64,000 bases of DNA from Glaucostegus cemiculus (lineage: Eukaryota): positions 26,226,001-26,290,000 of the forward strand of contig CDPCPM010000076.1 in assembly GCA_976551045.1 (NCBI GenBank), written 5' to 3'. Below, piece by piece: positions 53,796 through 64,000 of this stretch (position 1 is the stretch's first letter; each line of letters opens with the position of its first letter). The position numbers and the translations under genes were made by a program. The notes below the pieces were generated by a model. It saw only the letters and a program-made list of their open reading frames with translations, searched no databases and was not told the DNA's origin.

Positions 53796-54331
53796 CTAGC
53801 AATCAAAAGCGTAAAGGTGTTTGCAATGTGTTTCAGCTGGGAATGTACTTAGTCAGATATGCTTCCTGTACACACAAAATATCATTGTGATAATTCCTAC
53901 ATAAATCCAAGACCAAAAACGTAAGAGGTGCCAACTTCCACAAAGAGAAGAATGTTGTGGTATAGTTTAAGTCAAATCTAAGTGAAAACTGAGCAAGGAT
54001 CTGTTAAAATGACCTGGCTACTTAACCATGCATAACCCAAACCACTTTAAAGCCACCATTTTCTACAGTTAAATGTATTACACATCCAAAGCAAGCAGCT
54101 GTTTCTTGAATTTGTGCAAACATTTGGGACTATATATAAAAAAGTTACCTGGGCAACTTTATCCAAAGAGTGAATAAAAAAATCATTGCTCTCAAACAGT
54201 AATACAGCTATCCTGGTATCATTCTTGTTTCAATTGTGACTCTGAATGCTATTTATTCCATTGCAACAGAAGTCAATTCTTCCTGCAATCAATAAGATTT
54301 AAAAACAAAATTGGACCCCTTATCTAGCATG

Positions 54332-54350
54332 CACACCACCTAGTGGGCCA
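54332..54350 (-). promoter_or_regulatory. CTCF-like motif
   Basis: The minus strand reads TGGCCCACTAGGTGGTGTG. Confidence 0.35.
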
Positions 54351-54377
54351 GATCTTGGTGATCCATTTGCCCAGCCC

Positions 54378-54672
54378 AGATAAGATATCTTTATTAGTCA
54401 CATAGTACATTGAAACACACAGCAAAATGCATCTTTTTTGCATAGTGATTTGGGGGGCAGCCCGCAAGTGTCGCCATGCCTCTGGCGCCAACATAGCATG
54501 CCCACACCTTCCTGACCTGTATCTCTTTGGAATGTGGGAAGAAACCGGAGCACCTGGAGGAAACCCATGCAGACACAGGGAGTGCGTACAAACTCCTTAC
54601 AGACAGTGGCCAGATTTGAACCTGAGTTGCTAGTGCTGTAAAGCGTTACGCTAGTCGCTACACTACCGTGCC
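54378..54672 (-). mobile_element. tRNA-derived V-SINE, full length, relatively young
   Basis: The minus strand has the head GGCACGGTAGTGTAGCGACTAGCGTAACGC, a B-box GGTTCAAATCT, the V-domain and the tail GTGACTAATAAAGATATCTTATCT. It retains CpGs and is a sister of 13086-13386. Confidence 0.9.
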
Positions 54673-55221
54673 ATCTATGGCTCCCTCACATTTGTAATTG
54701 CTATTCTGGATGTGGAAGACAAAGGACCTATTTCCAGCTGTCAGAGCTATGAATGTTTCAAATGTCTCTGACATTTACACATCTAACAAATAATAAAATT
54801 GAAGTCAATAATTAAAACATGAAAAATTATTAAAACATAAATAATTAAAAACATTAACTAAAAGTGAAATAATAAGTTATGTTGCCTTACTCCTTGCCTC
54901 CTATTCCATAGCCCTAAAATTCCCTTTGAAACCAGTAGGGTGTCAGTCCCTGTACTGTCTAAATTCACATTGGATCCAACAGTGGATTCCTAAGCTTAAC
55001 ACTATGGAATCATAGTAGGACAGTGATCCAGCAGTGAATCAGACTCTGCATTCCAAATTTTTCAGGACCTCCAGGACTTGTGTATTTCACAGTGCAAGCA
55101 CAGCTGTCGTGGACATGGAATTGTTCAAAAGGCTAACAGAACCAACAGTAAGATTGGACAGCAATATCTGGTCCAATCAGTTTACACATAAAAGGTGCAC
55201 AGGCAAGAGGTTTATCCAGTA

Positions 55222-55329
55222 CAGGCAGAATAACTCTTCAAATGTTGTACAGTTTTGTGTTCTATGACTGAGCTCTGCACTCAAGATATAACATAAAACT
55301 GTACAACATTTGAAGAGTTACGCTGTCTG
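55222..55329. mobile_element. Palindromic MITE candidate (Tc1/mariner-pogo-like, TA TSD)
   Basis: TA|CAGGCAG...CTGTCTG|TA, with a perfect 26-bp inverted repeat at 55231-55256 and 55295-55320. Confidence 0.6.
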
Positions 55330-55744
55330 TACTTAAAAGTGAAAAGGTACAAAACAAGTAGGTTCGCAACCAACCCAATCTCAGTGCAGACTGATGCCAA
55401 GAAATGTTGCATCATTTCACCAACACTTTCTTGCCACAATGCTGCTCTTTCTCTCCAACAAGCATCCTAGAGTGAGCAAATCTGAAGTTCCAGTGGGAAA
55501 ATGTCCAACCTATGTGAACTCCACTCTTAAATCAAGTCTGTACCAACCTTTTGAATCAAGCTGCAGTATGCAGACAACACTGGCATTTGCAAACATTAAG
55601 AAAACAAACTCCAGGTCTTTTTGACTCATTCACTGAAGTGTACAAGAAAACAAGCTTTATACAACATTTGTAAAACCAAGCATCCATACTACATTGCCTT
55701 TTATCAATATAGGTTCAAGACAAAATCCTGGTAAAATGTTGGCT

Positions 55745-56420
55745 TGGTCTCATATCTCCAGATCTGCTCCTCAATGAAGGCAAACTTCAACACAGCCTTT
55801 CCACAACCTTTGTTTGAAGATCAAGACTTCAAACCTGGCTCATTGCTCATGATCAATATGCAGCACTAATCCCTATCCTCCTATCTGCTTCTGAGATCTG
55901 ACTACCCATGGAATCCTCAGATCCAGTGGCAGGATGTGAACCAACAGCAGTCTCTGCTCCCAGGCCAACATCCATAGGATGTTGGGCAGGATATGTTGTT
56001 CATATGCTCGGTGTTAGACTCCCAAAACAGATACTCTCTTCCAAGCTCTGTCATGGTAAAAGGTTACTATGTGGGCAGAGGAAAAGATCCAAGGATGTTC
56101 TCAAAGCTTCTTTGAAAAACTGAAACATCCTCACCAACTAGTGGGAATCTCTTGCCCCTAACCACTCAAAATGGAGAAGCAGCATTGGGATAGTGTAGAG
56201 AATATTGAGTCTATTCTTCAAGATCACATAGAATCCCAGCATAAATGGTGGCTAGGATGCATTATCACAAACTAGTCACCTGCCCGTTCTATCAAGCACT
56301 TACTGCCACATCTGGGACAGCCTGTGGGTTCCTCATTTACCTTAGTAGTCATCTCACTTCCCAGAGAACTAGATGAGAAACAAGTCATCCTTGATCCAAA
56401 GGGACTGCCTAAGACAAAGA
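55745..56420 (+). mobile_element. RTE-clade LINE 3' fragment
   Basis: Encodes WAGYVVHMLGVRLPKQILSSKLCHGKRLLCGQRKRSKDVLKASLK, the RTE C-terminal RLPK...GKR..G.QRKR.KD.LK motif. It shares its 3' tail with 30400-30442. Confidence 0.85.
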
Positions 56421-57941
56421 GTTAATATTGCTGCTACCCCTTGGATAATTGAATTGCAAAGAAATACTTGGAAGATTTAATGTAAATTAAAGTGTTTTAA
56501 GTTTATAACTTGCTCTTTAATAACAACATTATCACTTTTTGTCTATGTTTCTGTGAAGCAGTATTGCACCTGTTTTCTTTGTTAAGGGAACTGCATAAGT
56601 GCTGGTTACCATTGGTTGTCTCCGATGGCAAAATATATAATGTGTGCCAGTGCATGTTCCAAAATTCCTTGGTGATCTTTTCACTGACGGTTGCTGGTCA
56701 AAGTAGTGGCCTGGTAGAAAACCAAGTCTTGTTCACCGTTTCATTTCCAACAAGAGGAGGGCTCTCCCAGTGTTAGTGACCTACATCATGTACTCTTGCA
56801 ACATTGGGAACTGGCCCAATGTACTATTGGAAAAGAAGCTGCTCTCAGTTGTTGATCAAATAAAATTGCACTTCAAGCTGTGGAGTGTGTTTGTCACCAT
56901 TTATAAATCTCCCCCAAGTGTGAAATGGGGCAGATTCAGTGGACATGAAAATGGTTCACTTTATCCACCATATGTAGTTCTGGATTTTAAATGGTGTATG
57001 GTGCACATAAAACCCATGGCTGTTCATATTCTAACCCTTTAATGTTTGCGTCTCGAAAGCTGTGCTTAAAGCCATCTCTCTAGGTACCAGAAAATGTTTA
57101 TTTTTGTACATGTTGAAAATGAAGACGCTCACTATCCAGCCTCCATTGTCAAGGTTCATTAAATAATATTATTAATCAATTTAGTCCATTTACAGAACAA
57201 CCATAGGCAAACCTTCCCTGGGTTTTCTAACCTGGCTACCTGAACACAATACAAACTTTACATCTGCAGAGTTAGAAACTGATCTTCTGTGAGGAGAATT
57301 TGTTTTAAAAAAAGGGGTTCACTAAAAGTAGATGTCCCAAACTTTGCTGCCAAAAAAATCAGCTCCAGTATACAGGATGAGAGGCCATCTATAATTTTTA
57401 TCTGTTTTAAATTGTTGTGTGAAGTTATTTTGGTACATTATGTGGCAGTATCATCAGCAAGGTAATTGGTGCTTATTGCACAGAGGAAGAAAACAAAATT
57501 GATGCATTTACTCACAAGTTGACAAATTCTTGCACAAAATTGGTCATTCATTATGGACTAAACATCCAAAAGTGAAACAATTTAAAAAAAACATGCATTC
57601 CAGATCAGTATAGGCAGTAGGTGTAATGGATGAGGGAGGAAGTAGTGGTCAGATATTAAGGCATCATTAACAGTTGCTCTCAGAATCCTCAGTTATTTGA
57701 TAGCAGTTAGAAGGCAACCAATCAAAACAATACTCCTCATATGACCATCAATAGTTCTGCTTTAGGCATCTAATAAATAGTTATTACATCCTTGCTGATT
57801 CCATTTCAATAACCATAACATGTTAAAACAGAGATGTGATGATGGAACACAGCAAAAGATACATAACAAATGAAACTGGTCACAGTAAAGCAGAGAAGAA
57901 AGGCATTACAACTTCTTTTTCTGTTTCTTTTAATCTAAAAG

Positions 57942-58114
57942 GACTCGAGTTGCCATTCATGATGATGCCCCACCCCCTCATACCCGTCAGCCTACCTCCT
58001 GCATCGGTTACCATGGCAATGAGCCAGATGAGTCACCTCAGCACCATAGCTAACATGGCAGTGGCAGCCCAAATGCACAGTCCCTTATCCAGAGCAGGAG
58101 CTTCTGTTATCAAG
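57942..58114 (+). CDS. DACH2: Dachshund homolog 2, internal coding exon (173 nt, phase 1-0)
   Basis: Pyrimidine tract plus acceptor taatctaaaag, and donor AAG|gtaaga. Encodes (R)LELPFMMMPHPLIPVSLPPASVTMAMSQMSHLSTIANMAVAAQMHSPLSRAGASVIK, a strongly conserved dachshund block. Confidence 0.95.
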
Positions 58115-59994
58115 GTAAGACTGAAGGCACTGCACTCCTCACCTAACAATGACTGGTAATCAGCTTTTCATTTTTCTTCACGATCAATAGCAAAACTGTT
58201 GAATGCTTTATTTCCTAAAGGCTGTTCCACATCCAGATGTGGCCTGACATTTCTTGAGAATAATGGGAATGAATACATAAGGTTAAAATTGCAAAAAGAA
58301 AGCACCTTGCATTAATGGTTTTACAGCAGTTTGATCTGAAATTTGCAGTCTGCAAACTTGATTTTAAATCCATATGCGGTAACTGAACATATACTGCTTA
58401 TCTACAAAAATAACTGCTGGCCTTCTCTGAAAAGAGCAGCCACAAACTGTTGATAATATTTTATATCTGGTAAATGAGTACAACTGTATTAAATGGTAGA
58501 TTGTTAAATTTTTGAGATGCCAAGCTCTTGTCATATCCTCAATAATGGTGGAGGTGGAGGGGGAAATGATGAGCAGAGCAAGACAGAAACTGTTGAATAA
58601 GCTTCAGAAAGCTGATAGAAATTAATAATCCTTTTAAACTGTTTTAACAGCTCACCCTGCACATTAAATTTATTTGTTATAATTGAGAATGAATGGTAAT
58701 ACATCTGTCTCTGCAATTTGACAGCAGGGTTTCAGAGAGTTGTGAAAAATAGTGTGGGTAAAGTTGTCCTTTCTCACTCTAAGAACAGATCCACCATCAT
58801 TCTAAGACAAAGTATAAATTTATGGTGTCACTTGAATGCCTTAATGCCATTCTTTAAAAATCTTAAGTATAGTATGCCAGAAGGTTAAAGGTGGCCAACC
58901 ACCATAGCTCCTTGTTATTGTGTCTGGCTGAACAGAGTTGTTGCTGCCAATGTTGTCATGTACAGCATATAATTTTCATGACAAAAGATAGCCACTCCTT
59001 TTCCACAGACAATAATGCAGTTGCCTGATAGTCCTTTTAAATTATATTCTGTGGCAGTATTGGCTCAAAAAAGTAGTGGAAACAATCTTTTTAAAAGAAT
59101 TGTTAGCATTTAATCTCCGTCCTGTTCCCTCTGTTTTTATTTCCTGTGGCCTTTCTCAATGGTGTTACCTGTGCCTGGCAGGCCACATTGGTGACCCACG
59201 CTTTCACCAGTGCCAATTTGATGTTTCCACCAAGGAAGCATCCAATTTTACATCCTTTTTCTGCCATACTTCATATTGCTTTTTGTCCAAAATGTTAAAC
59301 TGGAGCGGAACAGCAGTGGCTTTTGTGAAGAAATACCACCAGGAAGGCTGTGTACAAAGTATAGCAAGTCAAACATGAGCATGTGAATTTTACCTTTATG
59401 GTACATTGTAATGCCGTATAAATTTCTTCATGCTAAGCAAAGCTGATTAAAATAACAAGTGATGTGACAGCTGACATCTGCCAAATAATTGCTGACAATG
59501 GCATGAGAGTTCTCCTTTTTTAAAACTAGATATATTTATTTAGTTTAAATTCATTGAAAGTATGACATCAAATCACACTATTCAATACATTTCCCAGTAT
59601 TGAAAATACTTCCTGCAGAGACAGGAGGTAATGGTGCAAATCTTTGGAGAATAGCCTTGTTTAGAAGCTAAAGGATAATGTGATCACCATATCCTTCATA
59701 AACCTGTCACAACTGGTATTGGCTGCTTTGATGGTTGGAAATATAATATAAAAATAAAACCATCACCATCTGCAATGGTAAGTGACCTTTTATTTCACAA
59801 TCATAATTGGGTGAGATTTGTCCTTTACCCATGCATGACAAAGCTAAATCTGACATAAGAACCTTTATATTGTTAGGAGCCCTACAGAGAGAAAAAGAAA
59901 CATCTTTCTTTAGTCAGACAATCCATCTTTAAGTCAAAGTCTTGTCTTCCTGTTCTGTTGGACAATTAAGTTTCATTTCATCTAATACCAAGCA

Positions 59995-60180
59995 AAATTC
60001 TGATATTCCAACCAAACATTCTTCTCTCAATATCACAGAATTAAATAAATCAGCCTAATATCCTCATTTTGCTTTGTAGGGTGATGCTGATCTAGAATGG
60101 CTGCAACAATAAATGTAAAAAATAATTCACTGTGTCAAGTACTTAATAAGATTAGGACCCATTATGTGAATGGAAATCGT
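59995..60180 (+). mobile_element. Deu-SINE 3' remnant
   Basis: CATTCTTCTCTCAATATCAC...CTCATTTTGCTTTGTAGGG...GAATGGCTGC...AATTCACTGTGTCAAGTACTT follows the order seen in the other Deu-SINE copies. Confidence 0.4.
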
Positions 60181-61074
60181 ACATTATCACTATCTAAACA
60201 CCATAAGCCAATACTATAGCTATATACTTTTTCTGCTTATCCTTACCAGAGAAAATAGATTGGAATAAATAGACTTGACATATTTTCTCCCTGTACAGAT
60301 GGATAGTTTCAAGTGCTCACACATGTATGATTACTTTCATCGTTAAGCTTTCATTGCTTGGTTTAATGTCATACCATTAGTCACTTGATTTATTTAGCAA
60401 ATGATATAGTTACTTATCAGATTTAAAACAGGCTTCCACAGGATAGTGGTTACCTAATGAGGCGATACTTGTAGGGCTTGAGTAACAAAATGCATATTGA
60501 CTCATTAGCTCACTGACTGATAATAGGTTTGTTTAGTTACATGCTTAAGCATAATTCCTAAACTAGTCATGCCTTAAAATAACAAGGCATTAAAATAGTT
60601 GCCTAGTCTCATATTTAAATAGTCCCCTGGGACATGATGTTTCATTGCATGATATAGAGTCCCACTTCATTTATGTTTTAGGAATTGGTTCATATGCAAT
60701 TTTTTTTTGCTTCTGTTTTTCCTCATCAAATTTCTCCATTTCTGTTTTCTCCAAACAGAAGGTACTTCACTGAAATTTAGTTTTTATGATCACTTTTCAC
60801 TTTCTGTTATGGTGATCAATGAAAAAGCCTCAACAATGACCAACTGCAATGGGGAGTTCACAACAGAGTTCAATTTGTCCTCATCTGATGTTCAAACTAA
60901 GATGGCTTGATCATGACACTGTGCAGTGTTTCCCCTCCAATCCACAATTGCTTTTAAAAGCCTTAAAATTGCCAGCAAGCACTGACCCAAGAAGCAACTG
61001 TGTCCATTCTGAGACTTAATCACCCTCTGGCAAAAACAGCTGAGTCAATGGAGCAATATTATGCATAGATTTGT

Positions 61075-61480
61075 ATCAGCTTGGCTTGATTAGCAGTGCT
61101 CATCATCAGGACGATTTGGATTTAAGCCTCGATGCAGATTTTGAGAATAAAATTCTGACCAACTCTCCAGTGTCACATCAAGGAGCTATCCTGTTAAAGG
61201 CTCTATCTGCTCTTTCAGTGGCTCAATTGGATGCTTTCAGTCACTGCTGAGAGTGAAACAGGGATGTGTCCCACTGGACTGACCAGCTTTACTCTCTCAA
61301 TTGTCACAAACAGATTAACTCTCATCCATCCTACTTCTTTTTGTGGATTTTTTTGTGTGTAAGGAAAATTGCTGCCCTATTTCTATCATAAACGATTGCA
61401 AATGAAACCAATCTGCTGTGAATGAAAACACTTTAATTGTGATGAATACAATAGGACACTATGTCAAAGAAAGAATTTTA
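61075..61480 (+). mobile_element. Degenerate Deu-SINE (SacSINE1/AmnSINE1-like)
   Basis: A tRNA-like head is followed by GTTAAAGGCTCTATCTGCTCTTTCAGTGG...CAGGGATGTGTCCC...AAACAGATTAACT...TTTTTGTGGA...TTGCTGCCCTATTTC. Confidence 0.55.
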
Positions 61481-61564
61481 AAGCACAAGGCAGATGTTCA
61501 CTTGGATTCAGAAATGACTGTAATCCACACTGGGCACAGTTTTTATCCAGTCAGCTTTTGGAAA

Positions 61565-61602
61565 GGTGGGGTGGTGGGGTGGTGGGGTGGTGGGGTGGGG
61601 GG
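61565..61602 (+). repeat. (GGTGGGGT)n G-rich tandem repeat, G-quadruplex-capable
   Basis: Five runs of four or more G with 1-4 nt loops. Confidence 0.85.
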
Positions 61603-63804
61603 AGTCCTTAGATAAATTATAAGAAAGGTTCTGCTAAATAGTAAGCAATCACTCTGGTCCCCAAAGTAAATAGATTTTATGAAGGAATCAAGGACAGAAA
61701 TTTAAAAAGGCAAAAAGCTGGATTCTTTGCATAGCTCCACTGTATTAAAGATCATGTACATTTCTATAGTGTGCTGCTACTTTAAGAATATGGACATTAG
61801 CAGTTTTGACATTTATATTGCTGGAAGGTGGAACTCTATCTGGGATTAGCACCTGCTCACTATCCAGATAGTTTATTAAAATAACCCCACTGACTAATGC
61901 AATTTATTATGCCCATTCAGGATATTTCTGGCAAATACCTAGTCAGTTCAAGTCTGCTAAACACAGGCTTATTTCCTGTAAGAGTCAAAAGGGTGATTAT
62001 GGAAAAAAATGACCTCACTCCTTTTATTGGCTATACACTGCCTGCTGCAGGAACTTCTTCAGTCAATATCATGCAATAAGTCAAATGTAGAATGAATATA
62101 GCTTTAATTTTGTTTTGCTTTCATTTAACCCAAAATTGATTTCTGAATCTTCTGACAGTACAACTGTGAGCAATTGTTGATGCTTAGATTTGGGGTATTG
62201 TAGAATCCCTTGACTGGGGATTTTAAGGTTATGTCCTGCCAGCATGTTAGGGGGACCCCTGCAACAATGGAACATTCTGTCACTGGCTTTCCTTGGATCT
62301 GGTAAAGCCACCCTGAAACCTTCTTGCACTTTCTGAAAACTTGTATTGGACAGGCCATGTGGACATTCCATTTCTCTGATACTACCTTTTCTGTTTTTTA
62401 CTGGAATTTCCCTCTGTCAATTCTTCTTGTCATCAGCAATATCGTGCAGAATGTATTTTTGTCCTCCCTATAAGGTCCCAATTCCTGGTATTGTCCCAGA
62501 ATCTCCATATGATGGGATTCCTTATCTTCTTGCATTTCCCTTCTTCCTATAATATTTATGCTTTTAGTTCACAGATTGAGGGTCACTTACTTTACCTTCC
62601 CTTTTACTCTTTTGAACCTCAGTGCCAATGTATATTAAAGGCCTTCTCTTAACATAACATTCTTTTAACTCATAACATTAAAAAAATTACCTTGTTTTAC
62701 TTCTAATTCATGTAACTATTCTATATATTTTTTTAACTTAATGGGCTAAATCTTTAAAGTTTAACATAAGCTTTATGTGAGCTTCATCAATTGCATCATG
62801 GAATATAATTTGCTGCAGTTGATTTATGATTGGTTGGGAAATGGCACAGAGGTTTGTTGTTCACCCATTCAGAGCACAGAATGTGAGTTGGCCATTCTGT
62901 CTATGATAAAGTCATAGCAGACCCCCATTTTACGTAACCTTATCAACAGATCAATGTTGTCTGACTATTTTACAGAAGTAACTTTGAGTTAATTTTTAGT
63001 TCCACAACAGTACCGTTTATTTGATTTAATCAATAAAAAGACATAAAGGTTTATTTTGAGGGAGTGGAAGTCCAACAGCATTCAAATTGTCTGTGTAATA
63101 CAACTGATCTCTATATTAGTGTCAGCCGTCTCTCCCACTACTCACACTTCTAGCTCCCTAATAATTCCTCCCATATTCTTCTTCAGCCATCTGAGGGAAT
63201 GAAATTTGGATGCTTGAGAATACTCCATGGAGTAAAAGATTTCATGGTTTCATTTTAGAAATGGTCTAATGCTAAGAGGGTCTCCATCAAGTAAGCTTAT
63301 TAAAACTACAAATCTTTAACATTTGGAGGCACCTGTTTCTGAACAAAACATAAGCCTACCAGACACACATTGATTTTGTTGGGGGTCCAACAAGAGCTCC
63401 CAATTCACACTTACTGTTTTTTTTCCTTGATCAACTTTATTTTCACCAGATCAGGTATTCCATTTGACCTTAGGCATGTGGAGTACAGCATAGGCTGTGA
63501 AAGTTCAGACCAGCCTACACTGATCAGAAAGTATTGGAGGAATAAATGGTTCACTGTATAAAACTGAGTGCAGTTCTGGAAAAAAAATTATGCTTGACTT
63601 AAAAACTAGAACATCAGTAATGGTAAGTTTTATTCTAAGGAGTAAGTTATTTTTCATTGCATATATTTCATAATATTGTATCTACATGGAAACTCCCCTT
63701 ATTTTTGAGTTTGGTTTACAACAAGTGAGATTAAAATATAAGCAGAAAACAAGTTGATTTTCAGATATTAACAAATGCTAATGGCAAGGTGGATTTTTAA
63801 TGCG

Positions 63805-63977
63805 AAAAACTCAATGATGCTGAAGGAACTTAGCAGGCCAGGCAGCACCAGAAGAAGGGTCTTGACCCAAAACGTTGACCTCCTGCTTTTCTCCATGGAT
63901 GCTGCCTGGCCTGCTGACTTCCTCCAGTATCATTGTGTTTTTCATCTAGATTCCAGCATCTGCAGTCCTTTGCTTCT
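63805..63977 (+). mobile_element. Best-preserved fold-back element with hammerhead-like core
   Basis: 35-nt inverted arms at 63813-63847 and 63900-63934 with 4 mismatches. The spacer reads CAGAAGA-A-GGGTC-TT-GACCC-AAAAC-GTTGAC. Confidence 0.78.
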
Positions 63978-64000
63978 TTGGATTTTCAATGTTATTCATT

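Noticed and set aside
54600-54672. tRNA gene (A/B boxes on the minus strand)
   Set aside because: It is the tRNA-derived head of a SINE, continuous with the V-domain, and no full cloverleaf is evident.
57836-58159. 107-aa ORF as a complete gene
   Set aside because: Its N-terminus translates the intron and pyrimidine tract. Only 57942-58114 is exon.
62465-62515. KVPIPGIVPESP as the next DACH exon (expected ER(I/V)P(E/D)SPSPAPSLE)
   Set aside because: Only PESP matches and the SPAPSLE continuation is missing. The next exon is probably beyond the window.
1-64000. CRISPR array, operon or prokaryotic defence system
   Set aside because: There are no regularly spaced repeats and no dense coding. 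The sequence is a vertebrate intron-exon region.

Overview
This is AT-rich, CpG-depleted vertebrate DNA, probably from a shark or ray. That call is an inference from the recognised repeat families (V-SINE/HE1-type, Deu-SINE/SacSINE-type, CR1/HER1-type, Penelope-type). The window lies inside a large + strand dachshund-family gene, best matching DACH2. Three consecutive internal coding exons (20912-21043, 51261-51416, 57942-58114) have canonical AG/GT sites and splice in frame across introns of about 30.2 kb and 6.5 kb. The middle exon is absent from the ORF track. The rest is intronic. It holds CR1, RTE and other LINE fragments, V-SINEs and Deu-SINEs, a clean 826-bp solo LTR with a 4-bp TSD, a 108-bp hairpin MITE candidate, and at least 7 copies of a fold-back element carrying decayed hammerhead-ribozyme-like cores. 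There are also candidate CTCF sites and candidate conserved non-coding elements. Almost all other listed ORFs are chance ORFs or repeat-derived. Family names come from recalled consensus motifs, not from database searches, and repeat boundaries are approximate unless stated.
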